Shown piece by piece: positions 14,629 through 24,097 of a stretch of 32,000 bases of DNA. The stretch is from positions 1,080,001-1,112,000 of the forward strand of contig OW818675.1 of assembly GCA_942493095.1 (NCBI GenBank). Direction: 5' to 3'. This DNA is from Candidatus Electronema halotolerans (GTDB lineage: Bacteria; Desulfobacterota; Desulfobulbia; Desulfobulbales; Desulfobulbaceae). Made by a program: the position numbers and the translations under genes. Positions within the stretch are counted from its first letter, which is position 1. Each line of letters starts with the position of its first letter. The notes beneath the pieces are model-generated. The model did not search any database. It saw nothing but the letters and a program-made list of their open reading frames with translations, and was not told where the DNA came from.

Positions 14629-17600
14629 CTACCAAGCACCAATAGCAGCACCTCCTATAAAATCGTTTAAATCGTTATCTGGGCGAAACGATTCATCCGG
14701 TTTTATCGGATAAGGCATACATGATTTACCAGTAGTAAACTTTCCTGCATTTTCTAAAAAATCATCAACATTTTCATAGAAACCGCTATCAAAATCATCA
14801 ATGAATTTGAAATAATTGTTTTTTAGTGATTTCACTCCAAACAACTTTGACTTCCAGTTTACAGGAGGTCTCCCTACATCTCCTCGTGGAAATAATTGTT
14901 TTTTGATTATCCTCTTAAAAGGAGACATAATCAACTCCTCTGAGAGGTCTAAAATATTAAAACCTTCGTTCAAGGCTTTGCTTTTGCTAATATTTATTTT
15001 TTCATCATCTTTTATTTGTCTTATGATCTCTCTTGCTGATTCATCAATCCCATCGTATAGGTATTCTCCACCTTTCAATATGTATTTTCCGTATTTATAG
15101 TCATCTATTGCAGATGATACATATTTATACGATTTTATTCCTTTTCCAACTTTATTTAATCCTGCTGGAACAAAAGGAATAGCTGTTGCAATAAGGTCTA
15201 AACCAAGATCAAACCCAGCAGATTTCAATCCATTTAAGGCATCCTTTTTAAGGCATTCATCATCATTCATATTGGCAGCAATCAACTCTCCTGTTGACCA
15301 AGCAATTCGAGCAAGATCAACTCCAACATTAGCAGCATCCCATAATGTATCGATAAAATAACCATTTTTATCGATATAATTCACCGGATTATTTTCAACA
15401 TACCCAAACCTATGCAAACTCCCCGGCTCATCCAACCTTCCCCTGTACACATCCTGCCCCATCCACACCCCAGTTTCCGGCTCATAATGCCGTGCGCCGA
15501 ACCAGACTAAGCCGGTGTTCTCATCAAATTCCTTGCCCGTCAGCGTGTAATGGTTGTGCGGATCAGTGAAATTGCCATTCTCCGGGATCACTGCCCCGTA
15601 TGGTTCATAGCGGTAGGTGTGGGCCGCATTGCCGTTCTGCTTGGTCAGCCCGGCCACATCGCCCTTGCGGTTGTAGTGGTACCAGTGGAGCTGGCCTGCC
15701 GCGCCGGAGTTGAAATGCTGACTGACACTGATTTCGTTGTCCGTGCCGCGATAATAGTTGTCATACTGACCGTTTAACTGATTGTACTCCGCCACCGGAT
15801 CAAGTCCGTCAAAAGCGTACTCAACCCGCTTCAGACCACCTTTGCCAGCCTTGGGGTCGTAGCTCTGGGCCAAGCGTCTGCCGCCGCCGTCATAGTCCAG
15901 CAGGGTCACAGCCCGGTTTATCCGATTCTTGCCGCCCTTGCCTGCAAGCTGATAGTCCAAAGCTCTGATCAGGCGGTTTTCCGGGTCAAAGCTGTAGTCT
16001 GTGCCATACACCGGGCCGTTGCTGTCGCGCTCCGTCCGACCGATGCGGCTGCCGTTGCTATCGTAGCGGTATTCTTGAATAATGCTGCGGTTCGGGTTCG
16101 CAGTCATGGAATTGGTCTCAGCCCGCAGGAGCTGATTGGCGGCGTTGTAGGCGTAGGTTCTGCTGAAACCGTCACCGGGCTGCGCCGTGCTCAGGTCGTC
16201 GTCCGTCTGCCAAGAAAGGCGGTTGCCGACCGGATCATAGGCATAGCGCATTGTCGCTGTATTGCCATTGTTTTTCAGCGGGCTGATGCTGACTTCCGCC
16301 AAACGGCGCAGGCCGTCGTAGGCATAGCTTTCCTGCTGCTCTTCCGGGTTGCGCCAGCCATAGCGTTTGCTGGCCTCAATGACATGGCCCAGCTCGTTGT
16401 AAGTATAGGCAAAGGCAACGATATTCTTGCCCTTGGCAGCAGTGGCCCGGCTCAGAGTGCGGTACACCCGGTCATATTCAATTTCGGTTTCCGTCGTGTT
16501 GGCATTGACGATCTTGGTGACGCTGCCGACCTTGTTGCGGCTGTATTCGGTCTGTTGGGACAATTCATGAATTGTCCCTACGGTCATCATTTGCAGCCAG
16601 TTGTTCGGACTGTAGGCGTATTCCACCAGACTGCCGTCCGGGTAGCGCAGAGCGGTGCGGTTGCTGTCCGCATCGTAGGCAAAGGCCAACGCACTGCCGA
16701 GCGGATCAGTTGTGCCGGTCACGCGGCCCAAGGGGTCATACTGCCAGTTTGTCTCGCCCAGCCAGTCTTTCATCAGGGTGCGGCGGTTGTCCGCGTCGTA
16801 GGCATAGCTGACCGCCGAGCCGTCGGCATAAGCAATGCGTTGCAGCAGATCATCCGGGAAAAAGGCGTACTCAGTCAGGGCATTGTTGCCGTCCTTGCGG
16901 CTGATCCGGTTGCCCATGCCGTCATAGGCATACTGCCACGTCTTGCCGAGCGGGTCAGTTTCCTGAAGCAGATTGCCGACTTTGTCATAAGAAAAACGAG
17001 TGGCCGCATTATTGGCATTGACGATTTCCAAGAGCAGACCACGGGCATCATAAGCGTAGCGGGTGACGGCATTCACGTCATCAGCCGGAGCCGCGCCGGG
17101 CCGCCAATTCTGGATTACTTGGTTCAGACGGTACAGGCCGTCATGACCGTAGCGAGTCACGCCCCCGTCCGCCTCAACAAGCTGAACTTTATTACCCATC
17201 AAATCATAGACATAGCCGATTGTTTCGTCTTCTGCATTGGTGCGGCTAATCTTGCGGTCAAGATCGTCGTAAATGTACTGCGTCGCATTACCTTCAGCAT
17301 CAGTTCTGCTGATCAGATTATCCACCTTATCATAGGCATAGCTCGTTGTTCCGTCTTCAAAATCAACCGCTTCAACCCGGCGGTGAGCGGCATCGTAGGC
17401 AAAAGAAGCCTGATGGCCGAGCGGATCGGTCAGGCTGGTGAGATTGCCTGCCAAATCATAGCCGTATTCTACAGTCACATTGCTCTGCTGATCCGCAGCT
17501 TGGGCCGGGTCATAGTTGCGGATCATGGCGGCCCGGCGGTCAAGGGCATCGTATTCGTAGCGGGTGACAATGCCCAAGGCAGAGGTCTTGCTGATCAGGT

Positions 17601-20526
17601 TGCCGTCCGTGTCATGGCCGTAGCTGACTGCATGGCCTTCCGGGTCGGTCACGCTCTTCAGACGGGCTGTCGGTGTCCAGCTCAGGGCGGTGCTGTAGCC
17701 CCGTGGATTCAAGGCTTGGAGCAGATTGCCCATTGGGTCATAGCTGAACTGCCATTCATAGCCTTCCGGGTCGCGGCTGGCAATGCGGCGGCTTTGCAGG
17801 TCATAGCTGTAGCTGAAGACATTGCCTGCCGGATCGGTCTTAGCCAGCAGGTCGCCGACCAAGTTGTATTCGTAGCGGGTCGTCACGTTGGTGTCCGCAG
17901 AAGCGGCAAAGCCGGGCCGCCAGTTGCGGGTCACAGAAACAGGCCGGCCCAAGGCATCGTATTCGGTATGTGTGACTGTGCCGTTCGCATCGGTGAAATC
18001 GGTGATTCTGCCGTGTTCGTCGCGCTGATAGCTGAACTCGGCATCTAACGGCCCGGAAACCTTGGCCAGCCGGAGCATGGAATCATGGACGTATTCCCAT
18101 TTGCGGCCCTCGGCATCAGTGAAGCCGGTCTTTTCAGCCATCAGGCCATACTCGAATCTGGCCGCCTCAAAGCCGAGCTGGTTGACGATCAGCTCCGGCT
18201 TGTCCGAAGCATTATGCGTCAAACGGACTTCACCGCCGTTCGGATCAACCTTGCTTTCCGGCAGATTATTGGCGTTGTATGAAAATTCCAGATGAAAGCC
18301 AATTGGCCCATCTACTGCGGTCAAATTTCCCGCCTTGTCATAGGCGTACCTGTACTGTCCGCCGAGTGGCTTGGTCATGGTCTTGAGGCGGCCAAGCCCG
18401 TCATGCTCCAGCGCAGTGACTGCATTTTCCGCATCCGTGACCATGACCAAATCGCCTGCCGCATCGTAGCTGCGGTTTGAAACGTTGCCGTTCAGGTCAG
18501 TCATCTGCACCGGCAGGCCTCTGTCATCGTAAGTCACTGCGCCGCAGGCATTGAGGGCGTTGCAGAATTCCGTCAAATTGCCCCTGTCATCGTAAGTAAA
18601 GGTGCTGGCCCGTTCGGTCGCCTCATCCACCTTTTCGGTCATCTTCGTGACCTGATTGCGCTCATTGTACTCCCAAGCCCGGTGCCAGCCGAGCGGCCCG
18701 TCCGCAGTCAGGCGGTTGCCGTTCTTGTCAAACGTCCAGTGCCATTCCGCCCCGCTCTGATCGGTGTAGCCGGTGCGGTTCAGGTCATTGTCATACTCGA
18801 ACTGTTCAACTGTGCCGTCCCGGTGTTCAAGGCGGATAAGGCGCAGGTCGGCATCATAATGATGCACTTCGGCGTTGCCGTAAGCATCTGTGACCGTAGT
18901 TTTGCCGTTTTCGTAGCTGAAGGACTGTTCCGCGCTCTCGCCGACAATCTGGCTGCTGACTCGGTATTCTTCATCATAGCTGTTGCGCACGACCGGGTGC
19001 CCTTTGGCTGAAATTATTTCAGTCATCTGGCCATGATCGTCATAATGGTACGCAGTGCGGTTGCCTTTGCCGTCAACAAAAGCGGCAAGCAGGCCGTCTT
19101 CGTATTCGTAGCGCAGGGTGATGTCCTCCGGCAGCCGGGCCTCAATGATCTGGCCGTCATCATTCAAGGTGAACTCAACCCGCCGTCCGCCTGAATTCTC
19201 GACTGCGGCCAGCTTGCCGTCCGCATAGATCAGCCTGATCTGATTGCCGTTGCGGTCAGTCAGGGCCGTCAAATGGCCTTTGCTGTCAAAGCGTTTTTCT
19301 TCGGATGAGGAACAGCCGCAGTCTGCGGGCCGCAGCACGTACTCGCCGCCTTCCTTGGTTACCACGTCATGGGTGCCGGGGCTGTCTGACACATAGCTGC
19401 TGCCGGATTTCTTGAAATTGGCCGTGTGGCCGTCGGCATAAAGCACCTGCACCCCTTGAAAAGCAGGCTTCATGTCAATCTTGAGCAGATACTGGCCCAG
19501 CTCGGAAGTCCAGCCCTTGCCGAAATACTGCGGCGGCTGGGCCTTGATCTTCACCTTGCCGTCCGGGTAATGACGGGTCAATGTGGCCGGAGAACGCAAA
19601 GCAGCCAAGGAGTTATAGGCGCGGGCCAGCCGGATCGTGCTGTTGCCCGGCCCGGCCACGCTGCCGTCGGTTTCATCATAGACAAAGTTGCCGATGGCCG
19701 TGTTGACTGGGTCGCCGGTGTGCCGCTGCGAACCGCCGCAATTGCCGCATTTCAGAGATTGACCCCACCAAGCCGAACCCGGAGAAAAATAGTTGTACTC
19801 CATTGAAGCGGACATGCCGGGGCATAAGCCTTTGACCTCAATGGTGTTGCTGCTGTCCGTCTTCATGCCGGTGCTGTCCGAGCCAGTGTAACCGCCAGAG
19901 CCGGTTTTCATCTCAGATTCGCTGTCGTTTACCTCCAAGGTCGGATCATCTCCGGCATTCTCTACATCCGCCTTGACCGCAACTTCACCGTTGCCCAAGT
20001 CAACGTGATCCACGTAACTGATAGCTGGCGGCGGGAATAGACAAGCTCCGCCAGCACCGCCGCCTACAACAGCGTAAAGCCGTTTATAGCCCGGATAGGA
20101 GCCGCCTGACAGGTAGGGAAGCACACTGCCGTCATCGGTGATGATGTCGAAAAAAATGAAGAACACGCCACCTTCCGGCGGCAGGGTGAAATTGAAATTG
20201 GCCGTGACTTGGCCGGGGCCGCCGTCTGGTGCTAAAGAGAAAGTGGAGTAACTGCCGCTGACCGTCCCGGCATAAGGAACATAGCTGAAGCCCGTCCATT
20301 GATACACGTCCGGGTTGCTTAACGTGAAGCCCTTGATCGGGCAGCCGGTGTTGTTGACCAAACCCCAAACTTGGGTGAAATTCGGCCCCGGCCCACTGGC
20401 CGGAACTTCCCAATTTGCGTACAGCGGTTCCCGTTCATCGCATTGGTAAGCTGATGCTGCGGAAGTGAAAAGGAAAAAGACTGCAAGAAGCAGTAGGGAG
20501 GCGGACAGATAATGACTGGCTCTCAT
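14629..20526 (-). CDS. Rhs/YD-repeat polymorphic toxin with an N-terminal Sec signal peptide and a variable C-terminal domain
   Basis: From ATG 20526 (GGAG 8 nt upstream): MRASHYLSASLLLLAVFFLFTSAASA (signal). Dozens of YD repeats follow (Y.YD..G.L, e.g. YAYDKAGNLTAV, YEYDALDRR). The core ends at RFGYVENNPVNYIDKNGYF (DPxGL-type boundary) and is followed by a 241-aa tail. Confidence 0.92.
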   Translation of the reverse strand: MRASHYLSASLLLLAVFFLFTSAASAYQCDEREPLYANWEVPASGPGPNFTQVWGLVNNTGCPIKGFTLSNPDVYQWTGFSYVPYAGTVSGSYSTFSLAPDGGPGQVTANFNFTLPPEGGVFFIFFDIITDDGSVLPYLSGGSYPGYKRLYAVVGGGAGGACLFPPPAISYVDHVDLGNGEVAVKADVENAGDDPTLEVNDSESEMKTGSGGYTGSDSTGMKTDSSNTIEVKGLCPGMSASMEYNYFSPGSAWWGQSLKCGNCGGSQRHTGDPVNTAIGNFVYDETDGSVAGPGNSTIRLARAYNSLAALRSPATLTRHYPDGKVKIKAQPPQYFGKGWTSELGQYLLKIDMKPAFQGVQVLYADGHTANFKKSGSSYVSDSPGTHDVVTKEGGEYVLRPADCGCSSSEEKRFDSKGHLTALTDRNGNQIRLIYADGKLAAVENSGGRRVEFTLNDDGQIIEARLPEDITLRYEYEDGLLAAFVDGKGNRTAYHYDDHGQMTEIISAKGHPVVRNSYDEEYRVSSQIVGESAEQSFSYENGKTTVTDAYGNAEVHHYDADLRLIRLEHRDGTVEQFEYDNDLNRTGYTDQSGAEWHWTFDKNGNRLTADGPLGWHRAWEYNERNQVTKMTEKVDEATERASTFTYDDRGNLTEFCNALNACGAVTYDDRGLPVQMTDLNGNVSNRSYDAAGDLVMVTDAENAVTALEHDGLGRLKTMTKPLGGQYRYAYDKAGNLTAVDGPIGFHLEFSYNANNLPESKVDPNGGEVRLTHNASDKPELIVNQLGFEAARFEYGLMAEKTGFTDAEGRKWEYVHDSMLRLAKVSGPLDAEFSYQRDEHGRITDFTDANGTVTHTEYDALGRPVSVTRNWRPGFAASADTNVTTRYEYNLVGDLLAKTDPAGNVFSYSYDLQSRRIASRDPEGYEWQFSYDPMGNLLQALNPRGYSTALSWTPTARLKSVTDPEGHAVSYGHDTDGNLISKTSALGIVTRYEYDALDRRAAMIRNYDPAQAADQQSNVTVEYGYDLAGNLTSLTDPLGHQASFAYDAAHRRVEAVDFEDGTTSYAYDKVDNLISRTDAEGNATQYIYDDLDRKISRTNAEDETIGYVYDLMGNKVQLVEADGGVTRYGHDGLYRLNQVIQNWRPGAAPADDVNAVTRYAYDARGLLLEIVNANNAATRFSYDKVGNLLQETDPLGKTWQYAYDGMGNRISRKDGNNALTEYAFFPDDLLQRIAYADGSAVSYAYDADNRRTLMKDWLGETNWQYDPLGRVTGTTDPLGSALAFAYDADSNRTALRYPDGSLVEYAYSPNNWLQMMTVGTIHELSQQTEYSRNKVGSVTKIVNANTTETEIEYDRVYRTLSRATAAKGKNIVAFAYTYNELGHVIEASKRYGWRNPEEQQESYAYDGLRRLAEVSISPLKNNGNTATMRYAYDPVGNRLSWQTDDDLSTAQPGDGFSRTYAYNAANQLLRAETNSMTANPNRSIIQEYRYDSNGSRIGRTERDSNGPVYGTDYSFDPENRLIRALDYQLAGKGGKNRINRAVTLLDYDGGGRRLAQSYDPKAGKGGLKRVEYAFDGLDPVAEYNQLNGQYDNYYRGTDNEISVSQHFNSGAAGQLHWYHYNRKGDVAGLTKQNGNAAHTYRYEPYGAVIPENGNFTDPHNHYTLTGKEFDENTGLVWFGARHYEPETGVWMGQDVYRGRLDEPGSLHRFGYVENNPVNYIDKNGYFIDTLWDAANVGVDLARIAWSTGELIAANMNDDECLKKDALNGLKSAGFDLGLDLIATAIPFVPAGLNKVGKGIKSYKYVSSAIDDYKYGKYILKGGEYLYDGIDESAREIIRQIKDDEKINISKSKALNEGFNILDLSEELIMSPFKRIIKKQLFPRGDVGRPPVNWKSKLFGVKSLKNNYFKFIDDFDSGFYENVDDFLENAGKFTTGKSCMPYPIKPDESFRPDNDLNDFIGGAAIGAW
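16557..16578. repeat. REP2 palindrome copy embedded in frame in the rhs coding sequence
   Basis: GGGACAATTCATGAATTGTCCC is identical to the REP2 cores at 12623 and 14522. It is translated as ..MMTVGTIHELSQQ.. within Rhs. Confidence 0.85.
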
Positions 20527-20584
20527 GGAAGTGTCTCCGCTGCGGGGAAGGCTGGACTGCTGGATGAATGAGCTGCAAAGCCCA

Positions 20585-20614
20585 AACATACCAATACTTG
20601 GTAAAAACTGTCAA
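20585..20614 (-). promoter_or_regulatory. Candidate sigma70 promoter for rhs
   Basis: On the minus strand, TTGACA (20614-20609), an 18-nt spacer, then TATGTT (20590-20585). The -35 box sits in the palindrome AAAACTGT-TG-ACAGTTTT. Confidence 0.4.
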
Positions 20615-20667
20615 CAGTTTTCGTCCAGTCGCAATGAGATGTTTTCCTTAGAGGATACCCGGTATCC

Positions 20668-22266
20668 TTAATGATTCAGCATTTCCTCAATCTCCCGCAG
20701 CAGCCGGGACAGGCTGGCCGGATCATGAGCACTGACAGGGATGCCGTCTTGGGATCGTTTGGGCGGGCCGTCTAACAGGTCAATTTTGTTATAGACCCTC
20801 AGACAGGGAATTTGCTCTAAGTCCAACTCGCGCAGCAGCTCCTCCACTGTCGCGGCCTGCTCCTGCCAAAGCGGGTTGGCCCGGTCAATGACATGGAGAA
20901 GCAGGTCTGCCTCGGCCAGCTCTTCCAAGGTGGAGGCAAAGGCTTTGAGCAGCTCGGCAGGTAATCTGCGAATGAAGCCCACCGTGTCGGTCAGCACTGC
21001 CTCGGTGCCGCCGGGCAGGCGGAATTGGCGCGAGGTCGGATCAAGGGTGGCAAAGAGCATGTTCTCAGAGAAAATATGCGAGCCGGTCATGGTGTTGAGC
21101 AGGGTTGACTTGCCCGCATTGGTGTAGCCGACCAAGGAAACCACTGGCACCTCGTGCTTGCGGCGGCGGCTCCGGCGGTTGTACCGCTGGCTGCCCACCG
21201 CCTTCAGCTCATCCGCCAGCCTGGCAATGCGGTCGCTGATCCGGCGACGGTCAATCTCCAGCTTGGTCTCGCCTGGCCCGCGTGCGCCAATGCCGCCAGT
21301 GAGCCGCGACAGGGCATCATCCCGGCTGGCGAGAAAGGGCAGCAGATATTTAAGCTGGGCCATCTCAATCTGGAGCCTGCCTTCCCGTGACAGAGCGCGA
21401 CTGGCAAAGATGTCAAGGATGAGCTGCGTCCGGTCAATGACCCGCAGGTCAGTGCGGCTGGTGATGGAGCGCACCTGCGAGGGAGTCAGCTCCTGATCAA
21501 AGATCAGCAAGTTGGCTCCGGTGCTGATGCTCATCAGCATGATCTCCATCAGCTTGCCGCTGCCCAGAATGAAACGAGGATCAACCTTGGCCCGATGCTG
21601 GATCACCCGTTCCACAGCCTGCACCTTGGCGGCCCGAGCCAGCTCGGTCAGTTCCAGCATGGACTCTGCCGCCTCAGCCTTGGAGCCGGTGCTGACTGAA
21701 ATCAGGATGGCCCGGTCTTGGCCCTTATCGACTTCGCGCAGCGGCTGGCTGCGGGCAAGCTGCTCTTCAATCTCCTCAATCAGCACAAGACAGGATGGCT
21801 GCGGCCCGGCAGGATGGACAGGCTCCAGCCTGAGCCAGCCCTTTTTCCCGCCCGGCTGGATATGGGCGGTATGAAGGAGATTCGGCTCGCTGCCGCGCAA
21901 GGTCAGGACAGACATCATGTCCAAGCGCAGGCAGACCATGTCCATGATGTCTTCATCATCCGGGCCGGACGCGCTGAAATGCGTGTGGATGCAGCGCAGG
22001 CCGCAAAGACGGCCCCCGCTCGTGCGCACTTGGTTCAGGACGGGAATTTCGATCCGGTCATGACTGCCGACAATGACGCTTTCTGCCGCGCCGGAACGCT
22101 GAATGAGCAGGCCAAGCTGCCGGTTCAGTTCCGCAGACAGGGCGGCCAGACTGCGGGCCGTCTCCCGCCCGATGATCTCATCCGGGCTGGTCTTTTTCCG
22201 CAGCAGCAGTTCCAGCTGGCGGATTTGGCTTTTCTTGAGATTGGCTGTGCTGCCGACGATGGAAAT
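20668..22266 (-). CDS. hflX: GTPase HflX (long form with an N-terminal domain); start codon uncertain
   Basis: GYTNAGKSTLLN (G1), LTDTVGF (G3) and NKID (G4). The first canonical start is GTG 22029, but the frame is open and HflX-like upstream of it (IVGSTANLKKSQIRQLELLLRKKTSPDEII...). See the findings for the proposed ATT start at 22266. Confidence 0.85.
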   Translation of the reverse strand: MSIVGSTANLKKSQIRQLELLLRKKTSPDEIIGRETARSLAALSAELNRQLGLLIQRSGAAESVIVGSHDRIEIPVLNQVRTSGGRLCGLRCIHTHFSASGPDDEDIMDMVCLRLDMMSVLTLRGSEPNLLHTAHIQPGGKKGWLRLEPVHPAGPQPSCLVLIEEIEEQLARSQPLREVDKGQDRAILISVSTGSKAEAAESMLELTELARAAKVQAVERVIQHRAKVDPRFILGSGKLMEIMLMSISTGANLLIFDQELTPSQVRSITSRTDLRVIDRTQLILDIFASRALSREGRLQIEMAQLKYLLPFLASRDDALSRLTGGIGARGPGETKLEIDRRRISDRIARLADELKAVGSQRYNRRSRRRKHEVPVVSLVGYTNAGKSTLLNTMTGSHIFSENMLFATLDPTSRQFRLPGGTEAVLTDTVGFIRRLPAELLKAFASTLEELAEADLLLHVIDRANPLWQEQAATVEELLRELDLEQIPCLRVYNKIDLLDGPPKRSQDGIPVSAHDPASLSRLLREIEEMLNH

Positions 22267-22439
22267 AATACCCTCCTTTGCGCCGCGTTCAAATGCGGCT
22301 TCTGCAACAGGATACCGCCTGCTGCGTTTTTTTTCAAGATCAGCGAAACTGGCGGCGCAGTCTTCTCCTTTGAAAAATTGCCTGCAACCGGTTACATTGC
22401 GTTCTCAGCCGTCTGCGCCCTGCAATCAAGGAGGAAACA

Positions 22440-23102
22440 ATGCAAAAAAATATATGGCTTCTGCTGCTCCTGTCTGCATTGTCGGCAGTGCTGCCCGCCT
22501 GTCCGGCGCAGGCGGAGTGGAACATGACCAGGTCGATCAAGGAGCTGCTTGCAAAACCCAAACCTGCATCTGAGGCGGCGGAAAAAAAAGAAGGTGAAGA
22601 AAAACAGGCGGCCCGGCAGGAATTTTCACCCCGGAACCGCTTCAAGGACAATGGCGACGGCACGCTGACTGACACCAGCACTGGCCTGATCTGGCTGAAA
22701 AATGCCAACTGCGCTGTTTTTTTCAAGGACGATTCCTCGGTCAAAAACAGCCGCCCTTGGCATGAAGCGCGGCTGGCGGCCTATAATCTGTCTGACGGCT
22801 TCTGCGGCCTGTCCGACAATTCCAAATCAGGCGACTGGCGGCTGCCTGAGCGCGAGGAGCTGCTGGGCATTGCCCATCATTCTGAAGACAAGGACAACTG
22901 GGCCGCAGGCGAAGCCTTCAGCGACATCCAGTCCTTTTATTACTGGTCATCCACCATTGGCGACCTGTATCCTGATTTCGCCTTTTATGTCAGCCTCGCC
23001 TATGGTATGGACAACTATGCCTTTCAGCTCAACAGCTTCCACGTGCTGCCGGTGCGGAAGCCAAAGAAGCAGCAGGCAGCGCTGTCAAGCGGGTCAAAAT
23101 AA
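22440..23102 (+). CDS. Secreted DUF1566 (Lcl C-terminal domain) protein
   Basis: Signal peptide MQKNIWLLLLLSALSAVLPACPAQA; RFKDNGDGTLTDTSTGLIWLKN and DWRLPEREELL motifs; RBS AAGGAGG. Confidence 0.75.
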   Translation: MQKNIWLLLLLSALSAVLPACPAQAEWNMTRSIKELLAKPKPASEAAEKKEGEEKQAARQEFSPRNRFKDNGDGTLTDTSTGLIWLKNANCAVFFKDDSSVKNSRPWHEARLAAYNLSDGFCGLSDNSKSGDWRLPEREELLGIAHHSEDKDNWAAGEAFSDIQSFYYWSSTIGDLYPDFAFYVSLAYGMDNYAFQLNSFHVLPVRKPKKQQAALSSGSK

Positions 23103-23488
23103 CAGATGCTCTGGTTTAAGCAATTTTTCCAGCAGCGGCCCGCAGGCCGGGCATGGACATTTATGTCCCCTCCTCTGTATTTCCTTGCAATCCCGGCAAA
23201 AGTATGGCAAACTGCATCCAGTTGTAACTTCGTTGTTTCAGTAAGAAACAGCGTATTCTGACCGCCTGTTTTCACATCTGAAAATACTTTTTCGACCCGA
23301 CCGGGGTCGAGAAAAGCTGTCGGCGGCTCCTGCCTCCCTCCAAGCTCCCCCTGCGCCCTTTGCAAGCTGGCGCATCTCTCCGGCGGGCAGACGGGCAGCG
23401 GGCTGTCTGCGCCACGTCATGACAAAAATCCGCTGCACCCCGGCACGCTCGGAACAGCGGCTTCATTTTCAACTTGCGGAGAGAGAAC

Positions 23489-24097
23489 ATGTCTGATTAT
23501 CAACCAAAAATCTTGGGATTTCTGTGCAACTGGTGCTGCTACACCGCTGCTGACTCAGCCGGGGTGGGCCGCTATCAGTATCCGCCCAGCCTGCGGGTCA
23601 TCCGCATGATGTGTACGGGCAGGCTCGACCCCTCCTTTCCGCTCGAAGGCCTGGCCAACGGCGCGGACGCAGTCTTTGTCGGCGGCTGTCATCCGGGCGA
23701 ATGCCATTACATTGACGGCAACTACCATGCCTTGGTCTCTGCCGCCTTGGTGCATGAGACGCTGGAGCGGCTCGGCATCAGCAAGGACCGCTTCCTGATC
23801 GACTGGGCCTCAGCTGCGGAAGGCCCGAACTTTGTCAAGATCATCACCCGCTTCACCCAGCGGGCCGCCGAGCTGGGGCCGCTCGGTCAGGCCGAGGGTA
23901 TGGATCAGGCTGAACTGCGGCAGAAGCTGCTTGAGGCTGCCGAGGTGGCCCGGAACAGAAAAATCCGCACCAACCTGATCAGTGCCAGCAAAGAAATGAT
24001 GAAGAGCGGCGACTTTTCCCGGCCTGCGATTGCCGAACTCGTCGCGGCCAAGTGCGATAAAAACCTGACCCAACTCCTTGGAGGACAACCTGCATGA
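23489..24097 (+). CDS. mvhD: MvhD-like (methyl-viologen-reducing hydrogenase delta subunit family) iron-sulfur protein
   Basis: From ATG 23489: MSDYQPKILGFLCNWCCYTAADSAG......IRMMCTGRLDP.F.LEGL..GADAVFVGGCHPGECHY..GN is the canonical MvhD/FlpD fold. The RBS is GGAGAG. Confidence 0.85.
   Translation: MSDYQPKILGFLCNWCCYTAADSAGVGRYQYPPSLRVIRMMCTGRLDPSFPLEGLANGADAVFVGGCHPGECHYIDGNYHALVSAALVHETLERLGISKDRFLIDWASAAEGPNFVKIITRFTQRAAELGPLGQAEGMDQAELRQKLLEAAEVARNRKIRTNLISASKEMMKSGDFSRPAIAELVAAKCDKNLTQLLGGQPA

Noticed and set aside
14427-14651. 74-aa minus-strand ORF between rhs and RAYT, considered as a possible immunity gene
   Set aside because: Most of it is a translation of the REP1/REP2 palindromes (..VGTIHELSLRNTELARCRGEKFFAPTV..), and it overlaps the rhs stop. 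It is not a credible immunity protein.
16075-18048. 657-aa plus-strand ORF inside rhs, plus other plus-strand ORFs from 15550 to 19806
   Set aside because: They are antisense to the YD-repeat frame. The repetitive GC-rich coding sequence keeps the opposite strand open by chance.
21718-22573. 269-aa and 156-aa plus-strand ORFs between hflX and the DUF1566 gene
   Set aside because: They are antisense to the HflX N-terminal domain frame and have low-complexity Ala/Arg/Pro composition.
23103-23488. Possible riboswitch (e.g. Moco) or sigma54 promoter in the 385-bp leader before mvhD/fdh. It contains hairpins GGACAT-TT-ATGTCC (about 23154-23167) and CTTTTTCGACCC..GGGTCGAGAAAAG (about 23287-23315), plus TGGCAAACTGCATCC.
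   Set aside because: The GG/GC spacing does not fit the -24/-12 consensus, and I cannot reproduce a Moco-motif consensus from memory with confidence. A covariance-model scan (Rfam RF01055) is needed before any call.
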